Origin: Caecitellus pseudoparvulus
Lineage: Eukaryota > Protista > Bigyra: Bicosoecida
DNA length: 64,000 nucleotides
Reading direction: 5' to 3'
Assembly (NCBI GenBank): GCA_965644315.1
Contig: CBFFRQ010000036.1
Coordinates: 43,094 to 107,093, forward strand
The notes under the pieces were generated by a model that saw only the letters and a program-made list of their open reading frames with translations, did no database searches and had not been told where the DNA came from. The position numbers and the translations under genes were made by a program. This document shows positions 12,237-23,200 of this stretch, in pieces (positions within the stretch are counted from its first letter, which is position 1; every line of letters starts with the position of its first letter).

Positions 12237-13610
12237 ATGGCCGACGCCACGTCTTCTCCTGCAAAAGTGCAAGGGGCAGGTGCCCTGGACAAGGCGTTGC
12301 AAGATGCCCCTGCCCTGAGAGGTGTGGATGGTGGCTTCACTGCTACGAGCATCACACAGCGCCTGGCTCGCATCATGCGTTCAGCTTGCGCCGTCTCCAA
12401 GGCAGGCGCTTCTGCGCAATGTGGAGATGCTGTGGAGGCGCTAGCTGCAAGCATGGAAGCGGGGGGCGACATTCCCCCCCTGCAACCTGCGCCGACAAGC
12501 CTCCCTACCACGCACCGCATCGACTCTGCCTGGGCAGAGGCGTGGGAGGGAGCGTTTCCAGCCGGCAGCACCTGGCTCACTGTGCCGTGGTTCGACGTCG
12601 AAGCAGCCGCATACCGCCTGTTGCTGAGTGCACTGCGGCAGGACGGCGTGGAGGGCGCCTTGAAAGACGATTCCTTTGATCCTTTCGCGGCGCAGAAGGC
12701 TGCGCTCTTGCAGGCTGCAGAACAGCCGTGGGCGCAGTCTGTGGTGCCGCTGCTGGGGCATGCGTCTGACACAGAGCAGCTATTGCTGCGGGCACTGTGG
12801 GGCAACCGTGCCGACTTGAGTCTATCAGGAGGTGACCCTGTGACTCATGAAACGCAGGAGGCGGGCGGGGCAGCGCTTGGCCCCTTTGCTCGCGGCTTGT
12901 TGGCAGACGACTCGACTGCTGCGTTGGCGTTGCTGGGCGGCAGCTTGACTCGCGGCGTCTGCATGGTGCTGGACAACGCAGGGCTGGAACTGCTGTCAGA
13001 CCTGGCGCTGGCCGACCACCTGCTGAGCGGAAACGCCCGCCACGTGACTCTGCTGTGCAAGCCGGCTCCGATTTTCGTGTCTGACGCACTTCCAGGTGAC
13101 GTTCGCACGACCATTGACTGGCTGGCGGCGAGGGAGGTGGGTGGCGCCACCTGCCCTGCCACGCAGGCACTGGGGGCCAGGTTGCAAGGGTGCCTGAGTG
13201 AGGGGCGCCTGCGTATTACGACGCACGACTGGACTGTGTCTCGCCACGCGCTGTGGGAGGCGCCGCACGATCTTTGGTCGGAGCTGCGTGCCCACTCCCT
13301 CGTCATCGTCAAAGGCGACGCCAATTACCGCCGTCTACTGGGAGACCGCCTCGTGCCCTTTGACACGCCGTGGGCTGACGTGCTGCGTTACGCCACCGGA
13401 GTCAACCTCATCGCCCTGCGCACAGCTAAAAGCGGCGTGTTAGCCGGCACACCCCTCAGCGTTTGTGCTGCTGCCCAGGCATTCCTGGACCCCACAGCCC
13501 CGACAGTTGATGTGGCCGACTGGGACAAGGCGAAGGTGGCTCTGCTTGCGCGGGATGCCTGGTTGACGAGCGGGAAGTTCGGCGTCGTGCAGGTGCATAG
13601 GGGAATCTGA
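12237..13610 (+). CDS. ARMT1: ARMT1-like DUF89 metal-dependent damage-control phosphatase (YMR027W/ARMT1 subfamily), ~457 aa
   Basis: Family motifs WLTVPWF..AYR, DPFAAQK, ALWGNRADLSL, VLDNAGLELLSDL, KPAPIFVSD, KGDANYRRL, LRTAKS. First ATG at 12237; no intron needed. Confidence 0.88.
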   Translation: MADATSSPAKVQGAGALDKALQDAPALRGVDGGFTATSITQRLARIMRSACAVSKAGASAQCGDAVEALAASMEAGGDIPPLQPAPTSLPTTHRIDSAWAEAWEGAFPAGSTWLTVPWFDVEAAAYRLLLSALRQDGVEGALKDDSFDPFAAQKAALLQAAEQPWAQSVVPLLGHASDTEQLLLRALWGNRADLSLSGGDPVTHETQEAGGAALGPFARGLLADDSTAALALLGGSLTRGVCMVLDNAGLELLSDLALADHLLSGNARHVTLLCKPAPIFVSDALPGDVRTTIDWLAAREVGGATCPATQALGARLQGCLSEGRLRITTHDWTVSRHALWEAPHDLWSELRAHSLVIVKGDANYRRLLGDRLVPFDTPWADVLRYATGVNLIALRTAKSGVLAGTPLSVCAAAQAFLDPTAPTVDVADWDKAKVALLARDAWLTSGKFGVVQVHRGI

Positions 13611-14299
13611 GGCCTCTGTCGTTGGGTAGAAAGCTGCGAACCTGAACTTGCAATGGCTCGGTTGTGAGGTGCTGGTTAGCCGTGGAACGTGGCTCTCGCA
13701 GAGGTGGCTTGTCTTTGCACGCAGTCTGTGCCTTGCGTCAACCCTCCAATGGTTTCTGCTCTCGAGTGCATTTAAGCGCCCTAGCCGATCAGGCCATTGC
13801 GCAGCGGGCGTAGCAATCTCAACGAACTCGCCCAGCTTTGAGGCACTGCGGTTGTTGAACGCCCTCACTCTGAGTGTCTGCGAGAATTCTCTCGAGGGCC
13901 CGAACTTCGGCCCTGACGAATCCAATATCGGCTTTATCCTGAAGTACGCGACCGTGCCTGGACTTCCTCTTGCACGCCGGACTGCCCTGCTCGCGAAGCA
14001 ACCGCAGATGGGCCGCAAACCACAAGACTCGACTGGGAAGTGCTGCAGGACCACACAAAGGGCCAGCAGTAGGCGAGTCTTTGCGCTCTTCGCTCTTTCG
14101 TGCAGGCCATCGTGTGGCGCTGAGCAACGAAGCCAGTGTGGGCCAGCGAGGTGCTCCAGAGTCTGGCAACACCTGCTCTTGCAGCTACTGAGGACGATTG
14201 ATGCGACTTCCACGTACAATGTACTATGGATGCTCTAGAGTGGCAGGAACCGCTTTCTGAGCGGCAGATCGTCGCCCTGTCGCGCAGGCTGGACGAAAA

Positions 14300-17200
14300 G
14301 TGAGGCAGTCGCTGCGACGGTCGAAACGCCTCACAGCACACACGGCCGCCCCGCCGCTGCGCAGTTTGGCCGTGCCTGCCACAACAGAGGAGCAGCACGG
14401 CTTAGCGAGCCTCATGCCACTGTCCCAGCAGCCGGCGCGATGCATCCTGGGTTTGGACATGTACGAGGCTCAGGCGCTTCGGGCTCGAATTGGGCGTGAC
14501 CTTCCGCTGGCGCTGCAAGGGTTCTTCACGGAGGAGGGGTGGGAAGGCGCCTTGCTGCACCCAGACGTCATCGAGCTGGAGCCGGCCGATGGCTCAGCGC
14601 GGCGGGCCATGCGTCGGCGTGTGCCTGCGAAACGCACGCCGCTGTCCGTGCGGGTGCTGGTGCACCTGTACATGGCTGCTGCAGCAACGGTGACGGATGT
14701 CTGGCGCCTGCTGCGGCTGTACAGCCAGCAGGAGGCGGCTGCAGACCGCAGCACCACCATCATGGACCGCGACGGGTCTGTGGACTGCTCCCTCGCAGCT
14801 GCCATTGGGGCGGACCCCGGCGCCAGTGCCGAGGAGGGGGGGGCGGGGTCCGCTCCGGTGGCTGTGGGCATCTCCGAGTCCATGGTGCACCGCGTGGGGC
14901 TGGCGAGGCTGCTGCAGGAGCGAGGCGGCATGCCGTCGCGCCGTGCTGCCCACGTGGCCCTGAGCATTGACCAGTTGGTCCACTCTCCCTGGGGCCCGGC
15001 AGCCCAGCGGCGGCCTGATGCGGCAGTGATTGCCGCGGGCGGCTGCACCGCCTCTGCCGCGGTGTCTGGCGCCCTCTCCAGCGCTGCTTTCTCACAAGCC
15101 GCCATGACGGCAGGCGCCTTACACCGGGCTGCCCACGCCAAAGCGCGGCAAGCGGCGGCAGGCTTGACCCTGGCCCCGCCCAGCGAGGCCGGGAGTGGGG
15201 GTTCTGAGGCAGGCTCGGACTCCGTGACGGGGTCTGAGGCGACGCCCCGCGAGGCAGGGCGGTGGAAGGTGGGCCCATCCGTCGAGGCTGCCTCCGGCTT
15301 CCCCTCTGCCTCCACTGTGGATGCGGGGGAGGACCCGTGGGCCGCCCGCATGCTGCAGGGGGCGGAGGATGCGCCGGCGACTCGTGTGCGGTATGTGGAG
15401 GGGGGCCGCGCAGTGCGCACGCCCCACACGCCCCACACGCCCCACACGCCAGGACGGGGTGCAGGGGGCGAGCAGGGTCGCCGTTCGTCCCCCCTTCGGA
15501 CGCTGCGAGGCGCTGCCCTGGCCACCATGGCGCTGGCGTCGACAGCACCTGGCCAAGGTGCAGAGGCGGACGGTGGGGCCTCTCGCCGCCGCCACGCCGC
15601 TCTGTCTCCCGGCCTGAGCAAGTCACACTCTGCAGTGCAGGCGGGAGACTTGACGCAGCTGCTGTACGGGGGCGCGGGGTCGGCGTCGCTGCACGGCACG
15701 GTGGATGCTTGGGCGGGCAGCAAACACGTCAGTGTGCAGGCGCGTGGCTTCGTAGACACGCCTGTGGGGCAGAACCCGGAAGCTCCACTGGCCCAACAAC
15801 AGGGACAGTTCGTCGTGCGGTTGCCGGGGGGCAGCATCCCTCGTTCTGGCACCATGGCTTCGCCGCTGCTGGCGACACGTGCAGGTGGCAGCAGTTCCGC
15901 CCCACCGCCGCCCCACCGCCAAGCCCGAGCTGCCAGTGCACGTCACACTGAGTGGGCAGCCTCTGCATCTGGCAGGGCGGCACTGGCAGGTGCAGAGAGG
16001 GCTGCGGCCAGTGGGGCCACCGATGCGGCGGCGGCGAAGGCGGCTACCTTGTCGTCCTTGTTGGCAGCGGACGCTGCGACGGATGACACGGGGGCGGCAG
16101 TGGGCAGCGGCATCACACACGGCGTTCCGTTTCATTTTGCACTGTCCTCTGCAGAGAGCGTCATTCCTGGGCAGCATGCGTACCCCGACGGACCCCTGGG
16201 CCTCACCTCAGACCCTTCCGCCAAAGTCGCACCAGCCACAAAGCCGCTGCCTCCGCTGTCGCGGCCGCCGACGGCTCCTGCAGCGGCTCCCGTGAAACGC
16301 GTCATCCAGCGCCCAGGCAGGAGTGAAGATGAAATAAAGGCAGCCAAACGCGCCGCACGCAAGGCGAAACGGGCTGCGCGGAAAGCGGCAGCTGACGCCA
16401 AAGCCGCTGCGACTCTGCAGCCCTATGCGGAGACGCTGCCGACTGCACGCAGCTCAGTGGGGAGCAGCATGCTGCAGGCTGCCGACGCTGAAGCGAAGAC
16501 AGGGGCAGGGGCACACGTGCCGCCCCTGGAGCTGGCGTTGGTGGCACAGGAGGCAGTGGGCGGCGGGCACCCGTTGCGCGTGGCTGAGCTGGAGTCAGGC
16601 AGGGTCAGCCACATCTCGCCCCGGGCGTTTCTGCACCCCCTATCCCGCCTTGTAAAGCCATCGAACATCGGGGAACGCCTGGCCGCCAAAGCCTACGCGG
16701 AACACACGCAGGTGCGTGCGCAGGCTGAGGCCGAACGCCGCACCGCCTCGGCACGCGAAGCACGGCAGCCCAACGCGCCGTGGGCCGCCTCGTTGCCAGG
16801 CGACGCCACTCGCCCGCCCCAGCGCTCTGCAGAGAGTGCCCGTCCTCGCACATCTGACCCAGGGTCGGTTTCTCACCCCCTGCTCTTGGCGCTCATGCAG
16901 CGTGCCGCTGCACGGTCGCAGGGTCCGGGCGCCGACCCTGGCGCGAGCGGAATTGGCACCGACAAGGCGCTGCCTGGCGCTGCCTCTCAAGCCACCCTGC
17001 AGACATGGAGCAGCATGTCCCTGGACTCTGGCACTGTCGCGTCTCGGCTGCAACAGTTGGCGTCGCAGGGGACGCTGGTGCGCAGCGCCGAGACACAACC
17101 CGAGCCCAGCGGGCATGCCGGCGGGGTCAGTCCGCCAACCTCCCCAGTGCAGACATCACGCAACATGTTTTCCCACCAAGGGTCCAGTCTGGACAAGGTG

Positions 17201-20200
17201 CTGGGCGGTTGGTCCGCGGAGGCGCTGGAGGAGGCTGTACGGGGAGCTGCGGCTGCGAATGCTGACACGTCAGCAGCCGCTGCAGTGGCCCAGGCAGAGC
17301 TCGCAGGGGTACTTCCGGAGGGGGCGTTCATTTCTGGGAGAGGGGGGGTGAGTCTACGACCCCAAGACGTCCCGCACGCTCTTGCGTCCGTGCGCATTCG
17401 GGGGCATGGCGTGCCTGACGCTGTGGCCATGACTGTGGCTGCAGGAAACGCCCTCCGCGGCGCCTCGGAAGACCCACCCCCTGACTCCTCCACACTCATG
17501 GCGGCAGTTGCCGGGACAGCCCCTGGTGCGACGCTGGTGCAGGGTAAGCCCTCAGCCGCACAAGCCCTGGTGTCTGCTGTGCTGGCCACGCCGGCGGCGG
17601 TGCATGCTGGTCGAGCTTGGGGAGGTGCCGGGAACCCAGACACATCAAGACTGAACCACGATGCCATGAGTTTGCAGGTGCAGCGGCGTGCGATGCGAGA
17701 TCGCGAGAGTGACGTCGCCAGCCGCCGTCGGGAGGTGCTCACCGCGGCAGCCGACGCCGTTGCAGGCGGTGCGCACGCCGACCGGCTGCGACAAGCGGCC
17801 CGGGAAGCATCCACCCTGGGCACAGCCCACGGCGTGGACAGTGGCCGCACACTGCAAAAACAGCTGCTGCTCAGGCGGGGCACGACGCTGTACGCAGAGG
17901 CCGCTCGACTGGCGCGTGCGAGTCTGGAGGGTACAGGTGGCACGGCTCGCACCGGGTACCACCCCGCATCGCTCCCCACCCTGACATCGTCCATCTACGA
18001 GGCGCAGCACATGCTGGAGCGGCAGTCCCGAGAACAGTACATTCTTGCGTGCACCAACGCGCACGATGTGCCCCTTCCTTCCGTCCTGCGCGCGCTGGCC
18101 AAGCCCGCGGCAAACATGTCACATTTTGCGCTGGGCGAGGCGGGCGCGGCGGCCGTCGCGGCGGCCCTGGCAAACAACAGCACGATGTTCTCGCTGGACC
18201 TACGTCAGAACAATCTGGGGGTGGGGGGCGGCCTGCACCTGGCTCGGGCCCTGCAGTCCAACCGAACACTGCGCATGATCGAGGCTTCCGGGAACGGGCT
18301 GGCTGACGCCGCCGCTGCAGTGCTCATGGCTGTGGCAGCACACCCCACTCTCACCAGCATCACCCTCAGTGACAACAAAATCACCAACGCTGCAGCCCAG
18401 GCAGTGTACGCGGCGCTGACGGGGACGCTCTTCGAGTTGGCTCCGGCGCCCCCCCTCGCCAAACCTCGCAAGCCGAAGAAACCCGGGCCTGCGACGTGGC
18501 AGCGCAAGCCACGCCCGCCACCCCTCCCACGCGTGACGTACGTCCTGCAGGCGTTTTCCGTCGTTGGCCTCCGGGAATTGGACCTGAGCTTCAACCCGCT
18601 GGGGCCGCGCGTCGCAGAAGCCCTGGCCGCGGCACTGGGCGGCAAGGAGGCCTGGTACACCACCCTCATCCCCCAGTCCCTGCCAGCATCCGCCATCGCC
18701 GAGCAAGCGACTCCCTCTCGAGCAGTCTCCACGCTGGCGCCCGCCCAAGCCCCGCCCAAGCCCATTCTCCTCCTCGCCAAGGGTGTCAACCCTCCTCGCG
18801 CCTTCGCAAGTCAGCTGCAGCGGCTGAACGTGTCATGGTCAAACCTGGGCACGCACGGCTCCCGCAAGCTGCTCCTGGCCCTGAAAGGGAACACATGCTT
18901 GACAGATTTGAACATCGGGTGGACGCGCCTGGGGCCGGACGGGGGCTGCGCTGTGGCAGAGATGCTGGCATGCAACAGCCACTTGAAGGTGTTCGCCGCC
19001 CCGCGTTGCCGGCTGACCCCTGCAGCAGGAATGCTCATCGCAGATGCCTTGCGGCTGAACGGCACGCTGACCACCTTGGTGCTGGACAACAACCCCCTGG
19101 GGGCCATTGCAGCCGGCGCAGTGCTGTCAGCTGCTCGGGGCGGGCGGCACATTTCACAGCTTGGACTGCGTGGTACGCTGCGGGAAGACACGGGCGCCAC
19201 CTCTGGCACGGCACTGCACAGCCTGCAAGGCCCCATGCGGCACGAAGAAGCAGTCATGGCCAGCGGGGGCAGCACTGCCATCCTGAAGGATGCCCTGGCC
19301 GACGCACAGGCGCGCCAGGCGGAGCGGGGGTCGCACAAACTCAGCGAAGGCCGGCGCAGCTTCAGCGGCGGGCACCTCGCCGTCGGGCGTCGGCGTAGCC
19401 TGAGCGAAGTGTCTTCCGCGTCGGGCATCAGCACGGAGGGGGTCGTGGAGGACTTTGACACGATGATGGGCAGCATGAGTCCTGCCGCACTGCACCAAGC
19501 CTTCGACCGGTACTTGCAACGCCACCCCCACGTGCAAGCCGAGTACAGGCGGGTGGAGGCAGCGGCGCGGCACCGGCGAGAGGCGCGGGAGACTGGCACA
19601 GTCACGGCAGACACCTTGGAGGACGAAGGCAGCAGCTCGAACGCAGTTGATTTGGAAGAGGAGTTTTCTGAGCTATTCAAGCACACCCAGGTTGGCATTG
19701 TGGAAGAGGACGAAGGCGAGAGTGGCAAGCGGTCGCCGCGCAGGTCGCGGAAGCGGAAAGGGCGCAGAAAACGAACCACAGCAACGCTGCCTGCCGCTTC
19801 GGCCATGCCCACGAAACCGCCAGTCCTTGACGCCTCGTCACGGCAGAGCCCCGTTGAAGACGACGGCGATTCAGACTCCGATGGCAGTCTGGACGGTGTG
19901 ACCGGGACGGGTTTCGTGGACGGCGCACTGGGCAGGGGGGTGGATGCAGACGACCGCGCCCACCACACAGCACACCACATTGCAGTGGAAGTGGGCGATC
20001 CGTGGGCTGGCGGGCGGGACTTTGACTCTGTCATTCCCGACGCAAAGTACACGCTGTTCCTGTCCCACCCACGTGACCACGCCATTGCCCAGCTGCTGCT
20101 GGCACGTGTGCGTCGTGGCGACGCCCAGTGGAAGGCTGCAGTCCACCTGGAGTACGAGCCCAACGCCGGTGTGCAAGCCAAGGTCATGGGCCTGGCCTCG

Positions 20201-23200
20201 GCGGCAACTCCCCGGCAGCGCACGTCAGCGGACTTGCAGCAGCAGCGCGCCGACGAACAAGCACGCCGCGGCGCACGGCGGTGGCGCCTGCCGCTTGCCG
20301 AGCTGCGCACACCCTCCTTCACCCTGCCTGACTTTGGCACCTTGCTCTTCCGCCATGAATCAGTGGGCAAGCTTGAGAGCAAGGAGGAAAGCAGTCCGCG
20401 TGAGCTGGCACCGGCAGACACCAAGCCAGCCGCGACTGGGCGGCGCCCCTCTCTTGCGGGCGCCTCGGACGCAGAGGATGTGGCCGCCAAGGCTGCTGCA
20501 GCCAGGCGCAACTCGCAGTCCATGGTGCTAAAGAGCTTCTTTTCGGAAGTTCTGGTGTCGCTGGACATGGCAGACCCGGCACAGCGTGCGACGGCGCGGC
20601 ACTTGCTGTGGCGCGCGGCTGCCCGCGAGGCGACCGGGGAGAGCGTGGACGCCATGGCCCTGAACGGCTCGCCCCTGCAGCTGCAAGTGGACCCTGCAGC
20701 CCTCTCACGCACGCCCTTGTTCACTGCGAAGAACGCCATTCCCGGCAAACGCCCGGGGCCCCCGCAGCCGCGCCTGTTCGTGGGGGACGACGCCGTCCCC
20801 GCACACTCGAAGATCGCCGCGGCGTCAACCGCAGTGCGCCTGCCCCCCGAGACACGAGGGGGCCGTGCCGTCTTCGTGCCCTCCACCATCCACCACCCAG
20901 ACCAGTGGGTGCATGGCGTGCCACGTGGCACGCTCACACTCACCTTCACAAGCGCACACTTGTCGTGCCTCGCGCACTACAGCCTGAAGCTGTCCGTCGC
21001 AGCTCAACGGCGACTGGGCCAGGCATTGCTGGCAGCAGCCCACAAGCCTGCATCTGCCTTTGGTGGTGGGGATGTCATGCATAACCACAAGTGGAAGGGG
21101 CGCCCCCTGCAGCTGTCAGACTGGCGTGTGCGGCGGCGTGTCGTGCGGGACGACTCCAAAGCTCAAGGCTCAGCTGTTCTGGGCGCAGACTGGGCTCTGC
21201 CGAAGAAGGGCACCTTTTCCTTTGACTATCTTACCCGTTCGACGGTGCTGCAGGGCGGTGAGAGCCTGCAATTCGACCTGGCTCTGCCAGCGCAGCGCAG
21301 GGCCGCCGCGTGGGCCCTGCACGTCGCACGCGCACTGCCTGCTTTCCACGCATGGTTTGCTGTCTTGGATGGCATGAGTGTGGGCATTACAGACTTGCAG
21401 CTGGGGGAGTTGGCGCTGTACAGCTCCTCCCTGAGCCCGAGGCAGGCGGCGTCGCCCGTCGTCCGCACACGGCATCGGCGGCAGTCGACGGGGGGCAGCA
21501 CCACGCTGAAGCAACGCAAGGCAGCCATGCGTGGCCCGCTGTCTTTGACAATAGACGACTCAAACGTCGAAGACGACCCAGCACGGCCACCTGGCGCCTT
21601 CACGAGCGCCGCTCTCAGTGGAGTGCCAACAGGTGCTGCTGGAGCAGGCGAAGGCCGTTCAGGGGTGCCACAGCCCCCTCCAGGCCACACAGAAGTGCTC
21701 ATTCCGCCCACTAAAACTCTGAACAACGTCATGCCCACACAAGTCTTGCAGAGAGATGGCACTGTGGCAGCTGCAGATGGGGCGGGGGATGCTCTGCCAG
21801 CCCTCCCCCGGTCCGGCAAGCTGCACCTCATGACGGCTCTGACAAGCCCCCTGCACCCGCCAGATGTAGACACTGCACTGGACCAGGGCAGATCTGCTCC
21901 TGTCCCAAAAATGACTGTGGAAACGTTTGACTTGGGCATCCTCCAACATCGGCGACACTTGACCGTGCTGAGGCTTCGCACTGTGCTCTCTGCGCTGGGG
22001 GTCGGCACGACGACGGAGGAAGTCGTTGCTCGGTGTGCATCTGGCCGTGCTGCTGCGTTGAAGGCTGGTACCGGGGAGCTGCCTGGAGACGCCAGCACGC
22101 CTGCCGGCCGACTGGGTGGTCCTGAGCTCGCCGTGGTGGATACGGTGCCCCAGGCGGCATGGCTCGTGGACGACGCTAGGTACGCCACGGAAGGTCTCGT
22201 CTCCATGACCCTGGCAGAGGAGGTCGTGAAGGGCAGCACCAGTGTGAAGGTGTTCAAGGCGCCCCCCGCTGCGCCCCGCCACGTCACGTTTTTCGGGCCG
22301 CTCATGGACCCCAGTCTGTCTCCTGTGGCGGCGGACGGGGAGGGTCAGAAGCCAGAGCCAGAGGAGGGCACTCGCCTGTCTCAAGTGTCCATTTCCTGCC
22401 TCTTCGACCCCACCTGGGCCCCGCCTACGTCGGGCAAACTCACCATTCGCTACGCTTGGACACTGCAGCGACCCCCCATGCTGCCTGCACCCGTCTCAGC
22501 TCTCTGCGCCTCGCTCGCGCAGCAAGCGACAGACGTGGACAAGCTTGCTCTCCTTCGCACAGTATGTGCGCTGCCAGCGGACATTGAGAGCGTCATTTCG
22601 CAGTCCGATGCGGCGGCGTCCAAGGCTGCCAAGGTTCGGCAAGCCACAACTGTGCGCGTGGGTGGGCAAGGCACCACAGCGCACACACCCCTCCAGCCGC
22701 ACCCACCACAGGAGGCCATGCAGGGCCTGACTTCCGAAGGAGGTCGTGCAGGGAAGATTACTCGTCGTGTGACGTCCGCCCTGTCCGGCTGGGTGCGCAC
22801 GAAGATCAGTGCGGACGCCGGGGCTGCTCGGCCGAACAAGGGCCCCAAAGGCAAGAACAAGCGAGAAGCCGTCGCGCACGGCACGGCAGCGCTGGACGCT
22901 GCCGCAGCACGCGACGAAGCATCTGCGCTGTCCATGACTGCAGTGGCTGCTTCCGCTGGCTTACCTGGCGTTGCCAGCCCGCGCGCTGGAGGCAGCACCG
23001 CCCGCAAGGCGCCAGTGCGACTGGGCAACCCACGAAAAGTGGGCGGACGCTTTGCTTTTACATGTGCGGACGTCGTGCGCATCATGAGCCTGTTCAACTT
23101 TTCGCACGAACGCCGCCGGGCAGCGGCCATTCTCCGGTGCTTGGTGGTGGACTACCACGCCCTGCTGCGGGTGTACGTGGCCATGGTGGAGAGTGCTCAG

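Noticed and set aside
13648-14238. 196-aa plus and 259-aa minus ORFs between DUF89 and the LRR gene
   Set aside because: No recognisable motifs. The region may contain 5' exons of the LRR gene, but I could not build a unique model.
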